From positions 1-25,220 of IMG/VR virus record IMGVR_UViG_3300006169_000010: a stretch of 25,220 nucleotides of DNA; one strand, 5' to 3'. Origin of the DNA: a virus (taxonomy: Duplodnaviria > Caudoviricetes). Positions 1 to 8,200 of this stretch are shown here, piece by piece. The first letter of the stretch is position 1. Each line of letters opens with the position of its first letter. The notes beneath the pieces were generated by a model that saw only the letters and a program-made list of their open reading frames with translations, was not told where the DNA came from and did not search any database. A program made the translations under genes and the position numbers.

Positions 1-1
1 T

Positions 2-295
2 CCGGAGATCATTAAGATAGAGCCATGCGTACGCAATGGTGTGAAGATGTTTAAATACACCATCAAAGATTACTTCCGGAAATATGAATCACCAGAAGAG
101 TGCTTTGTAGATCATGCGCATTTCTTTTTGAAGAATCCTCGTTATGGTGCTGCCCTGCAGGTGAAGGGAGATCCAAGAAAGTTTGCGGAGAAAATTGCTA
201 AAGCCGGCTATGCTACAGATCCTAATTATGCAAAGCTGTTGATCGATATGATTGCTTCCATTGAGAAGCGAATGAATGCCCTTGGGTTAAAGTAG
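2..295 (+). CDS. GH73 glucosaminidase (FlgJ-like) endolysin, C-terminal part (5' truncated)
   Basis: Frame is open from position 2 (PEIIKIEPCVRNGVKMF...); FRKYES...DHAHFFLKNPRY and AGYATDPNYA are GH73 motifs. Confidence 0.88.
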   Translation, partial: PEIIKIEPCVRNGVKMFKYTIKDYFRKYESPEECFVDHAHFFLKNPRYGAALQVKGDPRKFAEKIAKAGYATDPNYAKLLIDMIASIEKRMNALGLK

Positions 296-330
296 GTTTA
301 AGATTGAGAATCGTAGTCTTTTGAATGGTC

Positions 331-361
331 GGCCCTTGTTTCTACAGGGGCCTCTTTTTTT
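331..361 (+). terminator. Intrinsic terminator after the endolysin
   Basis: GGCCCTTGT-TTCT-ACAGGGGCC stem followed by TC and a T7 tract. Confidence 0.8.
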
Positions 362-396
362 GTCCTTTCCATGGCCATGCCTATAGTTGAACTTTA
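361..396 (+). promoter_or_regulatory. Putative phage late promoter, copy 1
   Basis: TGTCCTTTC (361-369), 19 nt, GAACTTTA (389-396); same spacing as the copies at 1003 and 10551. Confidence 0.65.
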
Positions 397-400
397 CCAT

Positions 401-467
401 CCGTCAATTTTCTCATAAGTAGTTTTGTAATGGCAAGCAACCTCCTGTTTCTACAGGAGGTTTTTTT
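401..467 (+). ncRNA. Putative ~65-nt small RNA ending in a strong terminator
   Basis: Lies between promoter copy 1 and the hairpin AACCTCCTGT-TTCT-ACAGGAGGTT-T5; no complete ORF inside. Confidence 0.4.
439..467 (+). terminator. Intrinsic terminator overlapping the stop codon of the convergent 451-708 gene
   Basis: Perfect 10-bp stem 439-448/453-462, TTCT loop, T tract to 467. Confidence 0.8.
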
Positions 468-708
468 CACCTTCCTTGATAGCTGCCAATACAGAGCGCT
501 CCAGATCTGTTTTGTCTTTAGCAGAAATTTCCTTGTGGTATTCAACCTTTCCATCCGGATGGAAAAAGATGTTGCCGGTAAAATCTTTCATGATATCATC
601 ACCGGTAAGGCCTACGCTATACATGCCATCATTGTATTTTCTTACCAGGCCTTTCCGTTCAATACCGCGAAAGGTGAAATGAATATCAAAAGAAGGTGCT
701 AATCCCAT
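451..708 (-). CDS. Hypothetical 85-aa protein (moron-like)
   Basis: Globular-looking composition; TAATCTTG -7-like element 4 nt upstream of the ATG; ends in the 439-467 hairpin. Confidence 0.7.
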   Translation of the reverse strand: MGLAPSFDIHFTFRGIERKGLVRKYNDGMYSVGLTGDDIMKDFTGNIFFHPDGKVEYHKEISAKDKTDLERSVLAAIKEGEKNLL

Positions 709-712
709 GCTG

Positions 713-729
713 CAAGATTACTAACTTTA
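713..729. promoter_or_regulatory. Back-to-back divergent -7-like elements
   Basis: TAATCTTG on - (720-713) and TAACTTTA on + (722-729), each one mismatch from TAnnTTTG. Confidence 0.5.
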
Positions 730-752
730 ATATTCATCAAAATTTACTAACC

Positions 753-953
753 ATGCAAAAAGGAAACACAGGCAGAAACACGACTTCGAAGGGATCAACA
801 GCTACAAAATCAGCTGCTAACAAAACCGCTTCTTCCGGAAGAACCACCGCAACAAAAAGCGGTACGATGGCCAAAGCCGGTGGAGCCGGTGCCAGAGGTG
901 GCGCCCGGGCTGGAGGAGCCAGTGCAACTAAAGCCGGTACAAAAGGCAGATAA
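753..953 (+). CDS. Small, highly basic G/A/T/K/R-rich disordered protein (66 aa), putative nucleic-acid-binding
   Basis: ATG at 753 after an A-rich leader; 8 K plus 5 R, no D/E, no aromatic residues; followed by its own terminator. Confidence 0.7.
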   Translation: MQKGNTGRNTTSKGSTATKSAANKTASSGRTTATKSGTMAKAGGAGARGGARAGGASATKAGTKGR

Positions 954-975
954 TCGCTCAGATTTTTTATCATAA

Positions 976-1003
976 CCCCTCCCAAAAGGAGGGGCTTTTT
1001 TTT
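976..1003 (+). terminator. Intrinsic terminator
   Basis: CCCCTCC-CAAAA-GGAGGGG followed by C and a T8 tract. Confidence 0.85.
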
Positions 1004-1038
1004 GTCCTTTCGCTCGCCGGCTGGCCACAATACGTTTG
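1003..1038 (+). promoter_or_regulatory. Putative phage late promoter, copy 2 (head/tail operon)
   Basis: TGTCCTTTC (1003-1011), 19 nt, TACGTTTG (1031-1038, perfect Bacteroidota -7); GTG start 4 nt downstream. Confidence 0.75.
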
Positions 1039-1042
1039 TATC

Positions 1043-1855
1043 GTGGTAAAAACGCTAACATTAGAATTGCTCCGTGACCAGTGGATGATGCATGAGCCAA
1101 GCATTCAGTTTTATGCAAAGCTGGCAAGCGATATCCTGGCTGGAAAAGAAATAGCTACGGGCTTCTTTAGCTCACTGAAGCTTCCGGATGTTCCGGATAA
1201 TGTGGCCATGATAACTATGGCCGGTGTACTTACCAAAAGCGATGTATGCGGATCCGTTGGCAGCAGATCCCTGGCACTTCAAGTTGCTGCAGCCGCAAGG
1301 TCTCACTCTATTGAATCCATTCTCCTTTTTAGCGAAAGCTGTCCCGGTGGCCAGGTAAATGGTACTCAGGAATTGGCTGATGCTGTAATTGCTGCAAGAA
1401 AAGTAAAACCTGTTACCGGTGTCATAAGCGGTATGGCCTGCAGTGCTGGTTACTGGCCACTGGCTGTATGCGATGAAACCTATGCGCTCAGTGAAACTGA
1501 TATCATAGGCTGCATTGGTGTGGTAGCTAAGATGCGCAATCCTAAAACAGTGAATGCTGAAGAAGAAGACATCATTGAAGTGTACAGTGATCTTTCTCCG
1601 GACAAAAACATTGAAGGCCGTGATATGAACGCCTACAAGCAGCAAACCTTAAACCCGTTGGCTGAAGTGTTTCATGAGAATGTAAAGGCAGGAAGAGGAA
1701 AGAGATTGAAGCTGAATAAAGAGAATGTGCTTTCCGGAAAAACATACATCGCCAGAGACGCAGAAAAGTATGGTATGATCGATGGTATCATGCCCATGCA
1801 TAAAATAATTGCCCGGAGTTTGTTCCTGGCCAGAACCCAAAAAAATAGAAAATGA
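1043..1855 (+). CDS. S49/SppA-family peptidase, prohead maturation protease
   Basis: CPGG, MACSAGYW (catalytic Ser context), GCIGV and GMIDGI motifs; first gene before scaffold and capsid. Confidence 0.9.
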   Translation: MVKTLTLELLRDQWMMHEPSIQFYAKLASDILAGKEIATGFFSSLKLPDVPDNVAMITMAGVLTKSDVCGSVGSRSLALQVAAAARSHSIESILLFSESCPGGQVNGTQELADAVIAARKVKPVTGVISGMACSAGYWPLAVCDETYALSETDIIGCIGVVAKMRNPKTVNAEEEDIIEVYSDLSPDKNIEGRDMNAYKQQTLNPLAEVFHENVKAGRGKRLKLNKENVLSGKTYIARDAEKYGMIDGIMPMHKIIARSLFLARTQKNRK

Positions 1856-2289
1856 GTAAAAACATTGTAGCCGTACTGGCTTGCATCGCTGCCCTTGCTC
1901 CGGAAGGCGAAGAGTTTAAACCTGAAGCGGTAGTTAATGAAGGCATCTGGATGACAGAAGCACATTTGACTGCTGTTGAAAATAAATTGTCTGCAGATGC
2001 AGCTGCTTTGGTACAAGCAGGAGAAGATCTTGCTGCTGCCAACACTGCCAAGACCACTGCAGAAAATGACCTGGCCGCTGCTAACCAAACCATTGAAGCA
2101 AACAACACTCGCATCCAGGAGTTGGAAGCTGAGAATGCAAAGCTGAAAGGAACGCCTGCAGCTGAGATCACTCAGACAACGACAAACGAGGATACTCCTC
2201 CTGCGCCTGTTGCTACTGTTGTTACTGATCCAAAAGCTAAGTATCGTACCAGCTTCGATGCGCAAGCAGAAGCGTACGCCAAAAAGTAA
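1852..2289 (+). CDS. Putative scaffolding protein (coiled coil)
   Basis: Ala/Glu/Asn-rich coiled coil between protease and capsid genes; ATGA overlap with the protease. Confidence 0.65.
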   Translation: MSKNIVAVLACIAALAPEGEEFKPEAVVNEGIWMTEAHLTAVENKLSADAAALVQAGEDLAAANTAKTTAENDLAAANQTIEANNTRIQELEAENAKLKGTPAAEITQTTTNEDTPPAPVATVVTDPKAKYRTSFDAQAEAYAKK

Positions 2290-2355
2290 AGTGAAAAGCC
2301 CGTTTTAAATCCAATATCCTATTTCAAAATCGTATCCTAAAACTTCAAATATTCT

Positions 2356-3429
2356 ATGAATCCAGATTTGTCACTCTTAGCGGCCTATCCTGGCGAGTAC
2401 AGAGATGCCCTTATTTCTGAGTTATACAACTCATTACGTCTTGAGCAGGAAGGTATCACAGTGATACCTGGCGTAAAGAATAAATTAAACCTGCACAAAT
2501 TATTGATCGCGGACGGGTTGAAACCTTACACCGGTACGTTCAAGGCTAAGAAAGATCTTGCTTATGAGCCTCGCGTATTGGAAGTAGAAAAGGTGCAACG
2601 TGATTTCGAGATCGAGCCTTCTTTATATCTGCCAACCTTCATGGCACAAAAGCGTGGCGCCGGTGAAAACACCGAGAACATGAACATCCCGTTTGCAGAG
2701 TTCATGTGGAATGCCTACATGCAAAGAATGGGTACCGAATTGAATCTTCAAACCGTTTACCATGGTAAAGGCAAAGCTGCGTTTGCTGCTTTCGATGCCG
2801 GTGACACATATGCTGTAGGTGAGCTGGTGAAGTTCACTCAAGACGGTGAGGTTCGCTATTTCGAGTGTGTGGCTGCAACTGCTGCAGGTCAGTCTCCGGA
2901 CACACATGCTGCAAAATGGAAGTATGCTGGTGCTAAAGCTATCACCAAAGGTTTAGGCGGTTATATCGCTGATGCCATCACAGATGGTGATCTTACTGCA
3001 GTAGCAACCGGTGTTGTGGATGGTAGCAATGCGTACGCAAAAAATATGGCTCTGTATCGCTCACACGATGAGTCAGTAAAAATGGGTCAATCTGGCCAGG
3101 TGTTGATTTATCAGTCTATGACTGACTATGAGTACCTGATGGATGACTATGAAGATAAAGTGAGCAAAAATTTCGAAATCGTAGATGGTATTACGTACCT
3201 GGCTAAAACTGAGCGCCGTTGCGGTATCAAACCCGTGAGCTGGTTGCAAGGTAGCCGCCGTTTGATCTCTACAGTTGCAGGCAACCTGGTAGCAGGTACT
3301 GATCAACTGAGTGATATGAACGTGATCAAAGCGATCGAAAAACATTACACGCTGGAAACTTCTACATCATTCGTGATCGGTTTCCAAATTCAGGATCTCG
3401 CTGTGTTGCGTGTAAGCAATCAAGCATAA
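2356..3429 (+). CDS. Major capsid protein with an internal CBM5/12-like insertion
   Basis: 357 aa, follows protease and scaffold, codon usage typical of highly expressed genes, followed by a strong hairpin; insert FDAGDTYAVGELVKF...YFECVAATAAGQSPDTHAAKW. Confidence 0.82.
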   Translation: MNPDLSLLAAYPGEYRDALISELYNSLRLEQEGITVIPGVKNKLNLHKLLIADGLKPYTGTFKAKKDLAYEPRVLEVEKVQRDFEIEPSLYLPTFMAQKRGAGENTENMNIPFAEFMWNAYMQRMGTELNLQTVYHGKGKAAFAAFDAGDTYAVGELVKFTQDGEVRYFECVAATAAGQSPDTHAAKWKYAGAKAITKGLGGYIADAITDGDLTAVATGVVDGSNAYAKNMALYRSHDESVKMGQSGQVLIYQSMTDYEYLMDDYEDKVSKNFEIVDGITYLAKTERRCGIKPVSWLQGSRRLISTVAGNLVAGTDQLSDMNVIKAIEKHYTLETSTSFVIGFQIQDLAVLRVSNQA

Positions 3430-3461
3430 TCGCATTCATTTTTCATACAGCAAGCAAACCA

Positions 3462-3492
3462 AACCTGGTTGAGCAATCAACCAGGTTCTTTT
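3462..3492 (+). terminator. Stem-loop (terminator/attenuator) after the capsid gene
   Basis: Perfect 11-bp stem AACCTGGTTGA-GCAA-TCAACCAGGTT (GNRA loop), then CTTTT. Confidence 0.75.
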
Positions 3493-3513
3493 AAAACAAA
3501 AAACTTTCTATCC

Positions 3514-3801
3514 GTGTCCGAGCAAAAAACTCCTGAGCAAATAGCAGCAGAACAAAAATTAGAAGCGCAGAGAAAAGAAGCAGAGGCGAAAGCAGCTGCA
3601 GAAAAATTAGCCGCTAAAAAAACTGCCGCCGGCGAAGTTCATTTTGTGCATGAAGACCGTGTATTTGTGCCGATCGTTCCCAAAGTATTTATACCTGGTA
3701 TCGGTTACCGCACAGCACTGGAGATCTGCGCCGATGAAAAGTCGCAAGCGTATTTGATCAACGAGGGCTGCATCGGCTCCGTGATCAGCGAAGTTGAGTA
3801 A
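3514..3801 (+). CDS. Hypothetical phage structural-region protein (95 aa)
   Basis: GTG at 3514 preferred because the TTG at 3469 lies inside the hairpin; N-terminal A/E/K helix. Confidence 0.7.
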   Translation: MSEQKTPEQIAAEQKLEAQRKEAEAKAAAEKLAAKKTAAGEVHFVHEDRVFVPIVPKVFIPGIGYRTALEICADEKSQAYLINEGCIGSVISEVE

Positions 3802-3861
3802 GCCATTGATATCACTACTACTGAGAGAATCCATTTTCCTAAACAAAAAACCTTTTATACA

Positions 3862-4401
3862 ATGGCTAATTATGGTCATATAACCAGAAATACCAACCCA
3901 AGCGCTTACGCCGGTGGTTACAAAAATGTTTTCCTTTTTGCTCCTCGTACAGACTTCACTGCTATCCAGGAGCCAGTAGTTGGTGAAACACCAGACCTGG
4001 GCGAAACTTTATCAATCGCTACCGCACACACCTTTCCTGTAGGCAAGGGATTTTTCGAGTGGGCTTGTAAGCACCACACAGTTACTTTAAAAGGTTCTTC
4101 TGTGGGTGATGATGGCGCTCGTGAAATCGAGTGGAGCTGCGAGTTTGTTGTGTTAGGTGACAGCGCCAGCACACAAGAGCAAATGCAGCGTACGCTGAAC
4201 GATGATATCATCTGCTTGATCAAAGAAGCGGATTGCTTATCAGATGACAGCTATGTGCAATTAGGTGATGAGTGCGTATCTCCATCGTTCACTGTAGAAT
4301 TTGATGGTAAGACCACTAAGGAAGGAAAGAAAGAGTACAAAGTAACGATCACTTGTAAGAAGAAATTCTTCTACTCAGGTGCTGTTACCAAGGTAGCTTA
4401 A
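3862..4401 (+). CDS. Putative major tail (tube) protein
   Basis: 179 aa, beta-rich, acidic, high-expression codon bias, upstream of the tape measure gene. Confidence 0.65.
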   Translation: MANYGHITRNTNPSAYAGGYKNVFLFAPRTDFTAIQEPVVGETPDLGETLSIATAHTFPVGKGFFEWACKHHTVTLKGSSVGDDGAREIEWSCEFVVLGDSASTQEQMQRTLNDDIICLIKEADCLSDDSYVQLGDECVSPSFTVEFDGKTTKEGKKEYKVTITCKKKFFYSGAVTKVA

Positions 4402-4449
4402 TCATCCTCGTTGATGATTGTTCAAACTGTTTGAACCAAATTTTTTTAT

Positions 4450-4701
4450 ATGCCGTTAGAATTTAAAAATGAGGCTACCAAAGCCAAATATGAAGTAGCA
4501 TTTGCGGAGCAAAAAGATTGCAACATGCATATACCTGCAGGAAAGAAAAGAGGATCCGGCTATGCAGGTAAGCTGAGTGATATCACTCCGGAAGCAGCTG
4601 CTAAGTATCTGGCTCAAGGTGGAAACCTTATAAAAGAAAAGAAAGCTTCTCCTGTTGTTGAAAAAAAGGACAACAAGAATGCTGCAGCTGATAACAAGTA
4701 A
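4450..4701 (+). CDS. Hypothetical phage protein (83 aa)
   Basis: In operon, with A/T-rich leader and downstream terminator. Confidence 0.7.
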   Translation: MPLEFKNEATKAKYEVAFAEQKDCNMHIPAGKKRGSGYAGKLSDITPEAAAKYLAQGGNLIKEKKASPVVEKKDNKNAAADNK

Positions 4702-4726
4702 CAATCCATCATCATTTGTAAAAGCT

Positions 4727-4756
4727 AAGTCTCGCCGCCACCGGCGGGACTTTTTT
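4727..4756 (+). terminator. Intrinsic terminator/attenuator
   Basis: AAGTCTCGCCG-CCAC-CGGCGGGACTT followed by a T tract. Confidence 0.8.
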
Positions 4757-4761
4757 GTACC

Positions 4762-5214
4762 ATGAAACTAAACCTCGATCGATACAATGAGCGCATAAAG
4801 AATGACCTGGGTGAAGTGGTGAGTGATATCCAAACAGAGGGAAATTCTTTAGGCATTCAGCATCGAGAGAACAGTCCAAGCTCCGGACCATCACTGCCAA
4901 AAATAAAAGGTGCTACCAAAGAGCACGATGGCCAGGTTGATCAGCTAAGCATCAAGTTCCGCCGGTCATTGATATGGACACAGAAGGGAGCTGGTAAAGG
5001 CCGTGGTGGTAATAAGGGCAGCAAGTGGGTAGACAAGTATGGTGCAACAAAAACTACCAATCCAAAAAGCCTGGGAAAGATGGGCACCAATGGCCGTGTT
5101 GAAAAGCCATTTATAAACAATGTTCTGGATAGTGAGAAGGGAGTGGAAAAGATCGCCACCACTGCAGCTGAAGAATTAGGCGATGCAATTGTAAACAATA
5201 TCCTGGTTAAATAA
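4762..5214 (+). CDS. Putative neck/tail-completion protein (HK97 gp10-like)
   Basis: Basic 150 aa; KGAGKG and late R.EKPFIN motifs typical of this class; position before the tape measure gene. Confidence 0.5.
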   Translation: MKLNLDRYNERIKNDLGEVVSDIQTEGNSLGIQHRENSPSSGPSLPKIKGATKEHDGQVDQLSIKFRRSLIWTQKGAGKGRGGNKGSKWVDKYGATKTTNPKSLGKMGTNGRVEKPFINNVLDSEKGVEKIATTAAEELGDAIVNNILVK

Positions 5215-5223
5215 ATCCATCCT

Positions 5224-8200
5224 ATGGCTAACCAAATAGTCAACCGCGAGATAAACATATTCATTCAATCCGGCGAAGCTCAGAAGGCGCTGGATGCTTT
5301 GCTTAAAAAAGAACTGCAGCTGAAGCAGGCGTTGAAAGATGCAACGGATCCAAAACAAGTGCAGCAGCTGACAAATGATCTTAAGAAGCTGGAAGAGCCT
5401 ATTGAGCGTGCCCGTAAAAAAGTAACTGGTGAGTTGTCGCCGTCTTTCCGTGATACACAGAAAGCCGTTACTGCTCTAAGCCAGCAATTAAAAAGACTGA
5501 GTGAGGAAGATGCTGATTATTCAAAAATTGTAGCTCAGTACAAGCAGGCCAACAAAGAGCTCGAGGAGCAAAAAAATAAAGTGGGCTTTTTATCCAGGGC
5601 AATGAAAAGCTTCTGGCAAGAGGCAAAAACGGTAGCTGTTGGTGTAGTGGTTGGTAATACCGTTCAATCAATGCTGGAAACGGTGATGGGATACGTTACC
5701 GGCATGGTAACAGGATCCGCCAAGATCGCTGATGAATTGGCAGACATCGAAAAGACAACCGGCCTTACCGCTACGCAGGTGCAGCAGGTAAATAAAGAGT
5801 TGGCAAAAATTGATACACGTACTTCCAATGCGCAGCTGAGAGAGCTGGCCAGCGAAGCCGGTAAGTTGGGTAAGGATAGTGTTGCCGATGTAAAAAAGTT
5901 TGTGGAGGAAGCAGATAAAATAAATGTGGCTCTTGGTGAGGATCTGGGTGAGAATGCCATCATCGATATTGCGAAGACCTCGAAGATCTTTCAAACGGAA
6001 ATGCTGAACATGGCCAGCGCTATCAACGAGATAGGCGCCAACTCAGAAGCCAGTGAAGCTTTCGCCGTTGACTTTTTAAAACGCCTGGCAGGTACGGCGC
6101 CAACGGTTGGCCTAGCCGCTGATCAGGTGCTTGGTTATTCTGCAGCGTTGGAAATCGCCGGCCAGACAACGGAAGTTTCGGCCACTGCCTTAAATACGTT
6201 CTTTCTTGATTTCGTTTCTAACCTGGAGAAGTTTGGCGAAGCCGCCGGCTTTGCAAAAGGTGAGCTGGATAATATTTTAAAAACCCAGGGAACGAACGAA
6301 GCTTTCCTGCAGTTTTTGACCAGGCTAAAACAAGCGAATCCGGACGCAGCTGAATTTATCAATAAACTCAAAGGCCTGGGCATCGATGGTGCCCGAGGAT
6401 CTAACGTGATGCTGGCGCTGGCCAACAACATCGATACGGTGCGTAAACAGCAGGAGGTGGCCAATACCGCCATTCAAAGTAATGCATCGATCATGGACGA
6501 GTTTATTAAGAAGAATAACAATGCAGCTGCAGAACTGGATAAGCTGAAGAAAAATTTTGCCTCTCTGTTTACTTCCTCCACTATCACAGAAGCTTCTGCC
6601 TTTGTCGTGCGATCGCTGAACAATTTTGTCAATGTGCTGAAAGCCGCTCCGGAATTTATCCAGGAGAACAGGAGCGCTATTGCCCTCATGGTTACTGGCC
6701 TTGTGTTGATGAATGCAGAATATTTAAAAGCCGCTGCAGTAACGGCCAAGGATACGGCTGTGAAAGTGGTCAATGCTGCAGTAACGAAAGGCATGGGTGT
6801 GATCAATACCGTGGTGGCTTCTGCTACCGCTTTGTATTCTGCAGCTGTGTTGGTACTAAGCGGACGGATCTCCGCTGCTACCGCTGTGCAGGTTTTGTGG
6901 CGAAATGCTACAGCTGCAGGCTTAGGGCCTATTGGTGTATTGCTTACGATTGTTGGTGCCCTGGTGATCGGGATCACGGCACTGGTTCGAAATATGAAAA
7001 CCTTGACTGCAGAGCAGCGTTTGTATGGCCAGGTGTCGAAGATGGTAGCGGAGAGCACTTCTGAGACCGTAGAGAAGATGCGACAGCTGACGCAGGTGGC
7101 CAACGACAACAATGTTTCTTTAGACAACCGGAAGAAAGCTCTGAATGCCTTGATCGCTATTGCTCCGGATTATTTGAAAGGCCTTACGCTGGAGAACCTG
7201 GCCACTGCAGAAGGAAAGAAGATCCTGGATGATTACATCACCTCCCTCAGTAAAAAAGCGGAGCTGGAAGCAAAAGCTTCTTTGCTTACCGATAAATTAA
7301 AACAGCGTGATAGTGCGGTTGCTCAAATACAATCGGGCTATAGAGCAGCTGGCCAAACCATCACTAAAGAACAGGCAGAAGAAGCCATTCGCCAGGGTGC
7401 GAAATCTAAAGCCGGTTTGACCGGTGGCTCGACCTTCTTTGGAGTTGACACAAAAGAAATTGCCGGTGTACTGGAAGAGATCAAAATACTGCAGGGTGAT
7501 ATTGATAAAGCGGCAAGAGAAAATGTAAGCACTATACTCAACCAGGCCAACCAGCAAACAAAGATTACAGCTGATGCTACCAAAACAGCCGGCGACAGTA
7601 TTGCTTCCCTAAAGGAAAAACTGAAGGACCTGCAGGAGCAACGCGATAATACAACCGATGATGCTACCCGCAAAAAACTCAATAAGCAGATAGAAGATCT
7701 CGAGAAAAAGATCGCGGCCATGGAAGGCCAGTCGAAAAAACTTTCCGGTGCTGCCAAGAAAGCGGCCAATGATATGAAGTCGCTGGAGGAAGAGTTGAAC
7801 CGTATTGCATCGGATCTTCTTCCGGATGGCGTGGAAAAGCAGATTGCGCAGCTCCAGGAGAAGTATGATAAGATGAGAGCTCAGGCCGGCAACAATAAAA
7901 CCTTGTTGCTGCGTATTGAGGAATTGTACCAGCTGGAGTTTCAGCGGTTAGTTGAGAAGTTTAGCAAACAGCAACAAGAGCAGTTTGCAAAAAATAGTGA
8001 GGCTGAAAAAAAGAAAGTGGAGGAACGCCTGGCACGTTTGAAAGAGCTGGCCACTGTTCGTCTTCCGGAGCAGGTGGTACAACTGGGCAGGACCTTAAAT
8101 GCCGATGCCATTGCCCGTGACGAATTAAGGCTGATCCGATCAAGAGGCAGGCAGCGTATGCTGGCAGAATTGCAGCTGCTGCAAGACCAGGAAAAACAGG

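Noticed and set aside
331-467. TTTCTAC in two repeats suggested a Cas12a-like mini CRISPR array
   Set aside because: No TCTAC/GTAGA stem, only two divergent units about 110 nt apart, both followed by T tracts, and no cas genes
430-702. + strand ORFs 430-702 and 476-682
   Set aside because: Shadow ORFs of the 451-708 gene; the first runs through a strong terminator
401-708. Type I toxin-antitoxin pair (sRNA convergent with a small ORF)
   Set aside because: Overlap is only ~17 nt and the protein has no hydrophobic helix; kept only as an sRNA candidate
737-1127. Minus-strand ORFs 737-1030 and 810-1127
   Set aside because: Antisense to the low-complexity basic gene and span a terminator and promoter
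4665-4672. TGTCCTTT on the - strand as a fourth late promoter
   Set aside because: Intragenic, lacks the ninth C and has no nAnnTTTR octamer at the fixed distance
4450-5214. Programmed frameshift tail chaperone pair upstream of the tape measure gene
   Set aside because: The two ORFs are separated by a terminator and no convincing slippery site joins them
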